A stretch of 64,000 bases of DNA, taken from the IMG/VR virus record IMGVR_UViG_3300021387_000688; one strand, given 5' to 3'. This DNA is from a virus (Duplodnaviria > Caudoviricetes). The position numbers and the translations under genes were made by a program. Under the pieces are notes generated by a model that was not told the DNA's origin, made no database searches, and was given only the letters and a program-made list of their open reading frames with translations. This document shows, one piece after another, positions 23,211 through 33,729 of the stretch; the stretch's first letter is position 1; every line of letters begins with the position of its first letter.

Positions 23211-25404
23211 TGAGCGAATTATGGGATATGATGGAATGGGAGAAGTTAAATAAATTGAAACCAGAAGTTACTACAAATGCAAAAGAAGGCGAGTACACTA
23301 CAATGGAATTGGAAAAAGATCCTTTCCATGATTGCCGTTGGGGACAGATTAATGCAATACCTGAACATAATGTTTATCAGAGTTATTGCAAATTAAAAAA
23401 TAAGCCAGCTGAATGTAAAGGTTGTAAAGACTTTTGTCAAAAACCAAAGCTTGAGGCCCCAACAACTACATACAAGCTTAGAGTAAGTTGGTTTGATGAA
23501 TCCTTTAGTCCTAGTGGGGACGGGGGCGAATTCGAAAGAATTTTCCTTTCAGAACAGGATGCAAGAGAAGAACTAGCTCTTTATATTGAAAACCACAAAG
23601 AGTGGGAAATATGGTGGGACCTTTGTAAAGTAGAAAAATTAGCTTCTGGCCATTTAGAAAGGAGAGATAAGTAATGGCGCCATACGATCCTCTTTCATTT
23701 TTAGAAAAAGAACAAGAAAGAGATAAAGAATATAAGGCACTGAAAGCATCTATTATATTTGATGCAGTTATATTTGCAGCTGTTTTATTTATTTCTTTAG
23801 CTTGTAAAAGAATGGGCTTGAATTAAGGAGAAATATAAATGGAACTTAAAGAATTAAAGAAATTCGGATATACAGAAAAAATCGTATACGATACTGCACA
23901 GGAAACATTACCAGATGGTAGAAGGGTAACTACAGAAACCCCTACAGATTCCTACTTTATGAAAATCTACAGTTTTGAAAATGGCTGGATTAGATGGAAG
24001 GTTTGTATAGGTAATACAGATGTTGAGGGGGTTTGGTGGGTAAGATTAACTCTTGAAACTCGAGATGGTTACGACGAAGAGGAATTCGAAAGCACTGACA
24101 ACTTTGACGATTTACTTCTTTTGTTGGAAGAACATACCGAGAAGTGTTGTCAGATTAAGGAGTTGTAACTTCCTAAAAAAGCTATAATATTATCATTAAG
24201 AGGGGTGGCCTTAATGAAAAGAATTACTATTAAAGCTTATAAATCTTTCTTCAAAAAGGAAGATCCTATTGCAATTGTAACTATTGTTTCTGGTCGAAAA
24301 GGTTTTCTAAGATGGCTTGAACATTACAACTGCCATTCTTTTGAAATCTTTGATGAAGATGGAAATAAATTAACTCCTATAACTGTTTTGAAAAAAGGTG
24401 GGGAATATGATTCTTAGTGAATACTTATCCGTAACAGATATTCAAGGCTTTGAATTTGTAAATATTATAAACTCGCAGGGTGAACTTATAGAAGAAGTTA
24501 AAGAAGAAACTTATGGTTTATACCCTGCAGTTCTCTATAATTATCTTGCACATACAGAGTTGGGCAACTTTAGAGTAATTGAAGCAAAACCGCTTGGAAG
24601 TGAATTAACTATTACAGTAGATGAACCTTCTCCTAATGAAGTAGTTTATGAAACTTGTAAAGAGTTTGCAGATCGTATTTGGGGTAAGAAAAACGATAAA
24701 CTCAAAAAAGAATTCCTCAAAAAAGCAAAAGCCGATTTCCTTTATCAAGATGATTATATAATGGATAATGTTTTGAAAAGAGACCCTCTTTTTTGGAAAA
24801 AGTTTGTATAATTATTAACATTTTTGAAAATACCAGTATCCCCGTTTAGCTATATTATTAACGTACGGAGGTGCAAGTTATGGTTTCAAACTGCCTGATC
24901 GAAGCAATCAAAGCAAAGATTAAAGACCCGAAGAATGTACGAATCATTTGTCTAAAGAAAGAATGGAACCATGGGGACCTTCACTTCTACTGGATTTGTA
25001 AAGGAGAAGTTTATCATTATGAAGCTCTCTCAAGAAACGCCCCTTTCCTTTTCAAAGGTACTCTTAAACATTTACCGTTAGAAAGTTTTGAAGCTTTTAT
25101 TCTTCGTAGCCTTGCAAGAACTAAGCCAAATTTAGATAAAACAATTGTTGCAAAGAAATTAAACTTCCCTTCTTTGAATCAGCCAGGCATGTTGAAATGG
25201 GAAACATATTGCCCAGAATTTGAATTATTTAAAGTTCCAAAAAAGACAAAACTTGCAAAACTTTTAATGGTAAAGTCTAGTAATGAAGAAATCAAAATTA
25301 TGAAAGTAGAGGACTTTAAAAAAGAAGATTATGAATATGTGGATTGGAAATACATAAGTCCTTATTGTCAAGAGTTTAGATTATTTGGTGTAAAAGAATC
25401 GTAA
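23210..25404 (+). other. Run of hypothetical CDSs (23210-23674, 23839-24168, 24214-24417, 24407-24811, 24880-25404)
   Basis: Co-oriented ORFs; GCTATA(A/T)TAT boxes near 24181 and 24849. Confidence 0.6.
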
Positions 25405-25438
25405 AAAAAAAGGTGCCTATTAGGCACCTTTTTCTATT

Positions 25439-27637
25439 TTAGAATTGAACAATTTCTACTTTATCTGCTCCGTATTTTTTAACTAAGGCTTTATATATTT
25501 TCGAATTCCTTACTTCGGCCTCTGTATCCATTTCAAAAGGTTCCCCATCATCTGAAAGTTCTCCTTTTTCATTAACCCCTCTTGTACCGTATTTTAAGTT
25601 ACCGAATTTTACTTCAATTCCAAAATGACCTCTTGCCCCATTTTTTTCTTTTAATGTATTTGACCTTTTGTTTTTACTTTCAAAGATATCAGATAAGTTG
25701 AAAGCAATCTCTGCCGCTTTTTCACCCATATCCATTTGTTCAAAAGATTCATCTGCCCCAACATCTGTTTCTGATAACCATTCGTCTAAATCTTCAATAT
25801 AAGGGGAATCTCCTACAATTGTAATTACATTTGGAGGATAAGGCAATTCTTGTAATTCAGCAAGAGTAGAAGTTTCTAATCCTGCAGGAGCAGTCCCATT
25901 GTCTAATGGGAAGTATCCGCCAATCAATGAAGGATCAAAAGTGATTAATGATTCGGATTCTGAATAACCTAAAGTCTCTAACAATGCAATCCAGTCATCG
26001 TTTCCTCTAATATGTGCAAATACTTGTGTATCTACTTCATCAGGTTCTTCTACAAAGTCTGCTTCGGCTTCTGTCAATTTATTGTTTTTAGCAATAATCT
26101 TTTTAGCTTCTGCAACTCTCTTTTTACTCAACTTAACAGCTTCGCCCATATCGAATGTGTTTGCAATTCTTACTTTACCGTCTTTGGTAACATTGAATTT
26201 GGCACCCTGTTCTCTTCCGGCTTTGTCAGTAGGGCGTTTATTGTTCATTGGTTTTACTCCACTTCTATCAAACCCGTCTTTATCCCTGCCATCTCTATCA
26301 AATCCTGATCTGTCATACCCGTCTTTGTTGAAGCCTGAAGCATTATAACCTTCCTTATCAAAGCCTTTCCTATCTCTACCGTATTTGTTGTATCCTTCTT
26401 TATCGTAACCTTCAGCGTCGTATCCATCAGCGTCCCTACCATCTATAAGATATTTTACGAATGTACCATAACTATGATCGTAGAATGAGCAATATGCTTT
26501 TACATTTACTTCACACCATGTCCAAGTAACAGGGTCTTCATAATCGTCGTTATCTGGATCGTCATCTTCTGGTTCGTAAGTATTATTTTCTGCAGCATTT
26601 TCTGCATCTCTTTCATATGCATAAAACTCGCATTCAGATTCATCATCTTCATTGTAAGCGCAGTATACTTTTGCAGAATCCATTTCCTGTTGTTCAAATC
26701 CTTCACCCCAACCATCTGAAAGTTGACCATCAATGTAATCTTTAAGAGCATCTACCAAAGATTCTGTTCTTTCATTTACATAAGTAATTGGCTGATGTGG
26801 ATCTGCACCATCCACCAATTCACATTTTATAAACAATTGTTCCTTATCTGGATCGAAAGAAGCTATGATAGATTTTACATAGTTTTTCAAATCACCATCA
26901 TAGTCGCTGATGTATTGTGCCAAACCTGTTGGGCCCATTTCTTCGAAATCAGTTTCTACTGCATCTGCAACTTCTTTAAAAGGATTGAAACTATAGTTAG
27001 AATTATAAATTACATAATCGTCAAAATTGCCATCAAATGCACGATCACTAATATCATATTGCTGATAACTTATTCTACAATTGTAAATATAAGTAATTGA
27101 ATGTGCCCCTACATCTTCTCTTATTCTTTTCATATTACGTCTCCTTTCTTCCGCTACTTTGAAAGTAGTTGGGTCTTTAGTTTTCTTAAAGAAAGGAAAT
27201 ACTTTTTTCTTGTCCCCTTCTTTAGGCATATATTTTTTAACTAAATTCATTGGGATTGTGTAAGAGTCCGAACCGTCATCTGGGTTTACAGAAACTGCAC
27301 TTGAGTCTGCAGAAATGGTAACATCTGCCTTAGGATTGGTGTTGTACTTTTTTGTAATATCCTTTGTTTTATTTCTGGCTTTCAAATAATTGTAAACACC
27401 TTTAGCAACGGCAGGATTTCTTTGAGTTAAATGACTATTAGGTTCTGCAGCTACATAATCATCTTTTGCACCTTTATGTATGCCGTCAAAAGCTTTGTCA
27501 TCTTTTTCCCCGGCTAAACCAGTGTGCGAAACTCTAATACCATCTTTCTGAGCGGCCCTTGAAAGAATTTTACAATTAACATCTCCGGTCTTTGGATCTG
27601 TATAATATTCAAAATCCTCTTTAATATATTTTCTCAT
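25439..27637 (-). CDS. Large acidic modular protein with G[YF]Dxx repeats and (I/L)xE motifs
   Basis: 732 aa; MRKYIKED, MKRIRED, KLTEA, TLKEK. Confidence 0.8.
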   Translation of the reverse strand: MRKYIKEDFEYYTDPKTGDVNCKILSRAAQKDGIRVSHTGLAGEKDDKAFDGIHKGAKDDYVAAEPNSHLTQRNPAVAKGVYNYLKARNKTKDITKKYNTNPKADVTISADSSAVSVNPDDGSDSYTIPMNLVKKYMPKEGDKKKVFPFFKKTKDPTTFKVAEERRRNMKRIREDVGAHSITYIYNCRISYQQYDISDRAFDGNFDDYVIYNSNYSFNPFKEVADAVETDFEEMGPTGLAQYISDYDGDLKNYVKSIIASFDPDKEQLFIKCELVDGADPHQPITYVNERTESLVDALKDYIDGQLSDGWGEGFEQQEMDSAKVYCAYNEDDESECEFYAYERDAENAAENNTYEPEDDDPDNDDYEDPVTWTWCEVNVKAYCSFYDHSYGTFVKYLIDGRDADGYDAEGYDKEGYNKYGRDRKGFDKEGYNASGFNKDGYDRSGFDRDGRDKDGFDRSGVKPMNNKRPTDKAGREQGAKFNVTKDGKVRIANTFDMGEAVKLSKKRVAEAKKIIAKNNKLTEAEADFVEEPDEVDTQVFAHIRGNDDWIALLETLGYSESESLITFDPSLIGGYFPLDNGTAPAGLETSTLAELQELPYPPNVITIVGDSPYIEDLDEWLSETDVGADESFEQMDMGEKAAEIAFNLSDIFESKNKRSNTLKEKNGARGHFGIEVKFGNLKYGTRGVNEKGELSDDGEPFEMDTEAEVRNSKIYKALVKKYGADKVEIVQF
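26265..26445 (-). repeat. About 12 tandem pentapeptide G[YFR][DN]xx repeats (15-nt period)
   Basis: DGRDADGYDAEGYDKEGYNKYGRDRKGFDKEGYNASGFNKDGYDRSGFDRDGRDKDGFDRSG. Confidence 0.8.
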
Positions 27638-27678
27638 GGTTACTCCTGTTAATGATATTAATTAGCATCTACTACTCG

Positions 27679-28383
27679 TTACTCCTCTTTTAATAATTCA
27701 TTTGCCATTACTTTATAAAGTCTTCTAAGAACTTTCAAATCCCTAGGGTCATCGGAACAACCAAACCAATCATAATAATCTGTAGTATTATTTAATTCAC
27801 AAATCAAATCTTGTGCTGAAGAATATTTACCTTTACCGGAAAGTATATCTAAAATATCCTTTTTGGTATAACCCATATCTAAAGCTTCTTGAACTCCTGC
27901 AATGGCATGAGCATCAATTTCATCTTTACTTGCAAGATATTTCCACATGCCTACTTCGCTAGGGTCTCCATTTTCCCACTTCTTGTTTGGATAACCTTTA
28001 GAATATTGATGTGCATGTACACATTCATGTACGATTACTTGTCCAAGTTCTTTTAAGAATTGATTAAAATCTGTATCTTCTTCATAAGGATAATTATTTT
28101 CTCTATCCCAAATTAAATCTTGTAATAAAGCATCTGCCCCTATTTCTACAGAAATACAACCAGCTGCATTCATACTAGCAAATGCAATGTTTTGGGTAAT
28201 CCATTTATAACCAGATCTTCCAAACGCGTCTGTTACTTCTACATTTAAAGGTTCAAGATATTCATTCAGCCCTTCTAAAAACTCTGACACATCTTCGTAA
28301 TCTTTTACGTGCTTTATAAAATTCTTAACATAAGATGCAATAGTTTGAGCATCAAAATCGTTATAAGATTCTTTCAATTCCAT
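27679..28383 (-). CDS. Zincin-like metallopeptidase
   Basis: VHECVHAHQ and Y....E.DA motifs; N-terminal MELKES. Confidence 0.65.
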   Translation of the reverse strand: MELKESYNDFDAQTIASYVKNFIKHVKDYEDVSEFLEGLNEYLEPLNVEVTDAFGRSGYKWITQNIAFASMNAAGCISVEIGADALLQDLIWDRENNYPYEEDTDFNQFLKELGQVIVHECVHAHQYSKGYPNKKWENGDPSEVGMWKYLASKDEIDAHAIAGVQEALDMGYTKKDILDILSGKGKYSSAQDLICELNNTTDYYDWFGCSDDPRDLKVLRRLYKVMANELLKEE

Positions 28384-28394
28384 AGGTTCAATTC

Positions 28395-29180
28395 CTAAAA
28401 TGGTAGTGTAATTACAAAACTAACTCCGCCGCAAGCTGTTAAAGAAACTCCAGTTATGAATAAAGTTCTTTTCCACTCTTCTTCTATTCCTGGAATATAA
28501 GAAGTTAAGATTAAAGGTACTCCAACCCCTATCTCTACGTAAGAAGCGATTCTGGCTCTCTTTTTAATTCCTTGCAATACGGCTACTTCTTCTTGTAACT
28601 TTCTCGCCAATTTTTCATTTATTTCAAGTTGAGTTTGCAAGAGTTTTGTATCTGCTATAGCCTTATTCCATTCTTCTAAAGCCAGTGCCAAATCTTCACT
28701 TTGACTCTTTATTATCTTCTCCGTTATTCGACTTAGCCTGTTCATATGATCGAATAATTGACTCATATAATTCAGCATGGTTAATTGATATGTCGAGTGC
28801 GTAGTCTGCTGCATCGAAATATCCTGATACATTTCGGCGAAGCTCCTCATTGAATTTTTCATCGCTCTTAATTGATTGCTCAATGGCATCTGTGCATATT
28901 CTTCCGACTTCACTAGACTTTCGTAATGTTCCAACTCCTTCCAATAAGGCTTGTTCGTATCCAACTCCGGATTTGAGCGACACTCCTCCAAGATTAAGTT
29001 CATTAGCGAGTTTATCTGTTGTTTCTCTGCTGAGAACGACTCCATCGACAAGTTGTTGGCTAGTTCCTGAAATTCCTCTAAATCTGAAGAATATTCCTCC
29101 TGCGAGAAAACAGGCGACCCCAAACACAATAAGACAACCAAGCTTAATAAAAAACTTTTTATCGATTTTAATTTCCACAT
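28395..29180 (-). CDS. Exported coiled-coil protein with C-terminal TM helices (spanin-like?)
   Basis: Signal-like N-terminus, coiled coil, two C-terminal hydrophobic segments. Confidence 0.6.
   Translation of the reverse strand: MWKLKSIKSFLLSLVVLLCLGSPVFSQEEYSSDLEEFQELANNLSMESFSAEKQQINSLMNLILEECRSNPELDTNKPYWKELEHYESLVKSEEYAQMPLSNQLRAMKNSMRSFAEMYQDISMQQTTHSTYQLTMLNYMSQLFDHMNRLSRITEKIIKSQSEDLALALEEWNKAIADTKLLQTQLEINEKLARKLQEEVAVLQGIKKRARIASYVEIGVGVPLILTSYIPGIEEEWKRTLFITGVSLTACGGVSFVITLPF
28696..29178 (-). CDS. Embedded out-of-frame membrane-anchored helical protein (i-spanin-like?)
   Basis: GTG start overlapping the partner ATG; N-terminal TM; about 160 open codons. Confidence 0.45.
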   Translation of the reverse strand: MEIKIDKKFFIKLGCLIVFGVACFLAGGIFFRFRGISGTSQQLVDGVVLSRETTDKLANELNLGGVSLKSGVGYEQALLEGVGTLRKSSEVGRICTDAIEQSIKSDEKFNEELRRNVSGYFDAADYALDISINHAELYESIIRSYEQAKSNNGEDNKESK

Positions 29181-31462
29181 TAATACTCCTCGTCTTCGTC
29201 ATCGAAGTTAACTTCAAAATTATTTTTCTGACCTGCTTGGAAAATTTCCTGCACAGGACAATCTGAGAATGAATCGCTATCCCATTCTACATCCAAATAT
29301 ATTTCATACTCTGGGTCACTAGCTTGATCATATACTTCAAATTCTGTTAAAGATTTGCAACCATAGAAAGCCTCATCTTCTATCTTTGTAAGATTTACAG
29401 ATACTTCTACCTTGGATAAGTTTTCATTACGCTTAAAAGCGTCTTCAGGTATGCAAGCAACTCTCTTAGGAATTTTTATATACCTAAGATCGCAACCGTT
29501 AAATACGTCTATTCCCAGATTAGTCAATCTAGGTGGCAATTCTATTTTAGTTAAAGACCCGCATTGATTAAAGGCATTTGCTCTTATCTTTCTTAAAGAT
29601 GTAGGTAATTTAACTTCTGTTAATGAGGTGCATTCCTGAAAACATTCAGTAGGTAAAGATGTTATACCTTCTGAGATTGTTACTTTGGTTAAGTGCTCAC
29701 AATTTGCAAAAATCTTTCTTTCCAAAATGGCATTACCTGGAATAATTATTTCTTCAAGCCCTGTATTTTTAAAAGCACTTTCTTGAATTACAAAAGGGCC
29801 TTCTACTTTTGAGAAGTCTAAAACTTTAAGGTTTTCACAATCTTTAAAAGCACATTCTCCTATCGCTTTAAGATTTTTACCAAAAACTACTTTAACTATA
29901 TTTTGATTACCCTGAAAACAAGATGGTGCAAACTTTTCTACAGTCTCTTCATCAAAAACTTCTCCACTATAATTTTCTTGATCCTTTAAAACTTTAGTTA
30001 CTGTTTTTATACCCTTTACTTTAGTTGATCTTAAAGCTCCAGGCCGCTGAGCTAATAAGAATTGATTGTTTTCCACTTCTTCCAAAGATGTACAATCTTC
30101 GAAGATGTTTGTACCATATTTAGTATCTGGGTTGTTTGGTAATTTAATAGATTTGAGAGTAGATTTGTGGTAATGAGCAGAGAAAGCCTCATCCCCTACG
30201 TAAGTAACACTGTCTGGTAAGTCAAGGGCTTCTAAATCTGTACCCATGAAAGCACCAGGACCGATATACTCTAATCCGTCCGGAAGTTCAATTGTACCGC
30301 CTCCAAATGCTGTACTACAGAATGCCTTCGCCTCAATTCTTTTCAAATTACTTGGCAATTCCTGGAAAGGAGGCAACTCGGCATATCTAAAAGCTTCTTC
30401 CTCTATAACTTTACATTGTCTAGGCCAAACAATTTTTTTAGTAACTGTTATTCCTCCAAATGCTTCTTTAGATATAGTTTCCAAATCTTTTGCAAACTTT
30501 AAGATACCGATATTATTATCTGTAAGCGCACCTGAATCTATAAACTTTACAGTAGAAGGAATATACAAACTAGGAATAGTACTTGAACGTAAAGCCTCAT
30601 ATCCTAAAACTTCCAAACCTTCTGGTAATTCAATTCCCTCTTCAAGGTCCATCTGGTTAAAACAATAACCCCCTAATATTTTCAAAGTGCTAGGGAATAC
30701 GATTTTACGTGTAACTGCTTTTACACCCCTCATTGCACCTGAATCCAATCCCCTTATGAAAGTAACCCCTTCAGGGAATTCCAGAACACCATTATTCTTT
30801 TCTACAATGTCTTTAAGATCCGCAGTGATTCCATATATTTTAGAACCCCTCATCTGGAAACCATTTTCTTCTGTCAATAAATTTTCTTTTACCCATTGAG
30901 TTGCAAAACTATTAGAATCCACTCTCTTTTTTAACCAATCTGTAATCTCATGGATATTACATGTACTAAGAGACATAAGGGCCACTAATGTAGTTGTTTT
31001 AGTAGTATGTTCTAGAACAGGTTGCAATGAATCTAAAACTTCACCTAAAGACTCCCCATAGAATGCAGATGCCATATTATCTACTTTTATTGAATCAAGT
31101 AAACCAGAGGGAGCTTTCAACAACTTTGCCTTTCCAGAGCTACCGGATTTGTCTATACAAACAAAGTCTGAGTGGAAAACCAATTTGATTAATTGTTTTC
31201 TTTGACCATTTTTATCCAACTCTTCTATTAGGTAAATGGATCTCCAACCCCCTTTACCTAATTCTCTTTCAAAGCGGGATCTGTAAGTTTCATCGTAGGA
31301 CTTTTCATAATCAACAAGCCAACCACTCCATGTAGAAACTTTAAACCCGTCTTTAGTAATAAACTTTTGATAGGCGTCGTAATCCTGGGTTTTATATAAT
31401 TTCCATAAACCTTCTTCGTATATAGGTTGCAACAATTCTTCGTCTTCTCTTAAATGTCTCAT
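29180..31462 (-). CDS. BspA/TpLRR-type leucine-rich repeat protein
   Basis: Many LPxxLxxIxxxAFxxCxxL repeats. Confidence 0.9.
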   Translation of the reverse strand: MRHLREDEELLQPIYEEGLWKLYKTQDYDAYQKFITKDGFKVSTWSGWLVDYEKSYDETYRSRFERELGKGGWRSIYLIEELDKNGQRKQLIKLVFHSDFVCIDKSGSSGKAKLLKAPSGLLDSIKVDNMASAFYGESLGEVLDSLQPVLEHTTKTTTLVALMSLSTCNIHEITDWLKKRVDSNSFATQWVKENLLTEENGFQMRGSKIYGITADLKDIVEKNNGVLEFPEGVTFIRGLDSGAMRGVKAVTRKIVFPSTLKILGGYCFNQMDLEEGIELPEGLEVLGYEALRSSTIPSLYIPSTVKFIDSGALTDNNIGILKFAKDLETISKEAFGGITVTKKIVWPRQCKVIEEEAFRYAELPPFQELPSNLKRIEAKAFCSTAFGGGTIELPDGLEYIGPGAFMGTDLEALDLPDSVTYVGDEAFSAHYHKSTLKSIKLPNNPDTKYGTNIFEDCTSLEEVENNQFLLAQRPGALRSTKVKGIKTVTKVLKDQENYSGEVFDEETVEKFAPSCFQGNQNIVKVVFGKNLKAIGECAFKDCENLKVLDFSKVEGPFVIQESAFKNTGLEEIIIPGNAILERKIFANCEHLTKVTISEGITSLPTECFQECTSLTEVKLPTSLRKIRANAFNQCGSLTKIELPPRLTNLGIDVFNGCDLRYIKIPKRVACIPEDAFKRNENLSKVEVSVNLTKIEDEAFYGCKSLTEFEVYDQASDPEYEIYLDVEWDSDSFSDCPVQEIFQAGQKNNFEVNFDDEDEEY

Positions 31463-31479
31463 AATTTATTCCTTATATA

Positions 31480-33729
31480 TTAATAGTCTGCATCATCATT
31501 TTCATCATCTTCATCCCAATTAGGTTCATCTTTAAGGGCGGCTTTGAATATCTCATCTACAGGGGCTTGATAGAAAGCATCAGATTCCCAATCTACATCA
31601 ATGTATATTTCATATTCTGGATCTCTTTCTTGATCATAAACTTCAAAGTTTGTTAATGAAGTACAATAACTAAATGCATTAGCTTCTATTTTTATCAAGT
31701 TTACAGAAGATTGTACAGTAGTCAAACTCTTACAATTGTAGAATGCGCTACCCGGTATGACAGCTACTCTTTTTGGCAATTTTATTTCTTTGAGAGTTAT
31801 ACAATCTGCAAAACAACGATCTTTTAATGAACCCAATTTAGGAGGAAGATTTATATGTTGTAAGCATGTACAGTTTTGAAATGCACGTTCTCCTATAGAT
31901 CTTAAAGATTCTGGTAACTCTACATGGCTCAAACTTGTACATTCTTTAAAAATACCTGAAGGAAGTTTTTTAGTAACATTACCCCCTATAACAACTTCTC
32001 TTAAGTTACTACACCATTCGAATGCATTGTATTCGAATACTGCCCCTTGAGGTAAAATTACTTTTGTTATGTTTGTACTAGAGAAGGCATCGGCCCCTAT
32101 GAAAATAGGGTTTTTTACTCTAGAGAAATCTACCTCTTCTAAGGAGCTATCTCGGAAAGCATTTTCACCTATAACTTTAAGATTTTCTCCGAATATTACT
32201 TTTTTTAATTTTTTATTACCATTGAAGCAACTTGCACTAAATTTTTCTGCAGAAGGTTCATCAAACACTTCAATGTCTGCATTTTTCATATCTTTTATGA
32301 GTCTACTAACACTCTTAACTTTTACCTGAGTGTTTCTAAAAGCGGCAGATCTTTGACTTAATAAAGTTTCATAATGTTCTGCAGTTTTTAGATTAGGACA
32401 TTCTTGTACTATAGCTTTTCCATATTTGGTTTCAGGGTTGTTAGGTAATGTAATACTTTCAAGTTTTGAAGACTCAGAGAATGCTTCATTCCCAATAAAG
32501 GTTACGTTATCTTTTATTGTAAGATGCCCTACCTCTGCATATTTAAATGCTTCGTTTCCAATGTATTCCAAGTCTTCCGGAAGTTCAAACACTGGACCCA
32601 ATTCTGCAAATTCAAATGCTCTATCTTCTATACGTTTTACACTATCTGGTAATTCTGAGAAGTTTTCGAATTGGGCAGCTGTAAATGCTTGCTGAGATAT
32701 TGTATTGCATTGTCTAGGCCAATGTATTTTATGTAACTCGCAAGATTCAAAACACCCTGAAGGTATAGTTTCTAAAACTTTTGGAAATCTTAAAATATCA
32801 ATCTTTGTCTGATAAAAAGAAGCATCTTTCAAAGTAGAAGGTATTATTAATTTCTTAATATTGTCCCCTTCAAAAGCTGCTTTTGAAACTTTTTCTAATC
32901 CTTCGTTAAGTACAATTTCATTGAAATCTATTTCTTTAAAAGAATTGCCCAATATTCTTTTTAAAGTGCTTGGACAAATCAAGTCCACTGGTGCTTTACG
33001 ATTGATATAATATTTCCACCAGTATTCGCTACTTGAAAAAGTAACTATATCTGTAATACCTTCCGGTATTTCCAATACATATTTGTCCTCAGTAAAACAT
33101 TCTTCTGGAGATGTCGCAGTGCCAATTACTTTAGTACCTCTACATAAGAATATTCCTTTCTTCTCGCAATAATTCCTTTTAATGAAGTTTTCAGGTAAAG
33201 CTAATACTTGTCGAATGTAAACGTCTATATCCGAAGGATATGAAGATGCAATGTTTCTTACAATATTGACTATGTTAGTTTTCTTAGGGGTAGCTTCAAG
33301 TAAACTATTTGCAACCTCCATTACGTCGCATATAGATTCCCCTAAGAATAATGATTTTCCATTATTTACTTTAATCAACTCCAATAATTCTTTTGGAGCT
33401 TTCAAAAGTTTTCCCAAGGATTTTGCATTATATTTATCCTCGCAAACAAATTCACCTAAATCAAATTTTACAAGGTAGCCGTCCGTACATTCTGAACCTT
33501 TAAAAATTTCTACTACGTAATACTTAGCGTCTACGGTATGTCTTAATGAAGTCTTAAAATCTTTTTCCCTGGAATGATAAGATATCTCATACCATTTGCA
33601 GTCTGGGATATCTTGGCCTACAGATTGTATATCCTGCCAGCTTTTTATTTCAAATAATTTATACTTTCCGTTATCATATATTGGTTTTGGATGCGCAAAT
33701 TGTTTTTCAGATTCTCTAAACTTTTTCAT
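31480..33729 (-). CDS. BspA/TpLRR-type leucine-rich repeat protein
   Basis: Paralogue of the adjacent gene; shared DPEYEIY.DV.W tail. Confidence 0.9.
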   Translation of the reverse strand: MKKFRESEKQFAHPKPIYDNGKYKLFEIKSWQDIQSVGQDIPDCKWYEISYHSREKDFKTSLRHTVDAKYYVVEIFKGSECTDGYLVKFDLGEFVCEDKYNAKSLGKLLKAPKELLELIKVNNGKSLFLGESICDVMEVANSLLEATPKKTNIVNIVRNIASSYPSDIDVYIRQVLALPENFIKRNYCEKKGIFLCRGTKVIGTATSPEECFTEDKYVLEIPEGITDIVTFSSSEYWWKYYINRKAPVDLICPSTLKRILGNSFKEIDFNEIVLNEGLEKVSKAAFEGDNIKKLIIPSTLKDASFYQTKIDILRFPKVLETIPSGCFESCELHKIHWPRQCNTISQQAFTAAQFENFSELPDSVKRIEDRAFEFAELGPVFELPEDLEYIGNEAFKYAEVGHLTIKDNVTFIGNEAFSESSKLESITLPNNPETKYGKAIVQECPNLKTAEHYETLLSQRSAAFRNTQVKVKSVSRLIKDMKNADIEVFDEPSAEKFSASCFNGNKKLKKVIFGENLKVIGENAFRDSSLEEVDFSRVKNPIFIGADAFSSTNITKVILPQGAVFEYNAFEWCSNLREVVIGGNVTKKLPSGIFKECTSLSHVELPESLRSIGERAFQNCTCLQHINLPPKLGSLKDRCFADCITLKEIKLPKRVAVIPGSAFYNCKSLTTVQSSVNLIKIEANAFSYCTSLTNFEVYDQERDPEYEIYIDVDWESDAFYQAPVDEIFKAALKDEPNWDEDDENDDADY

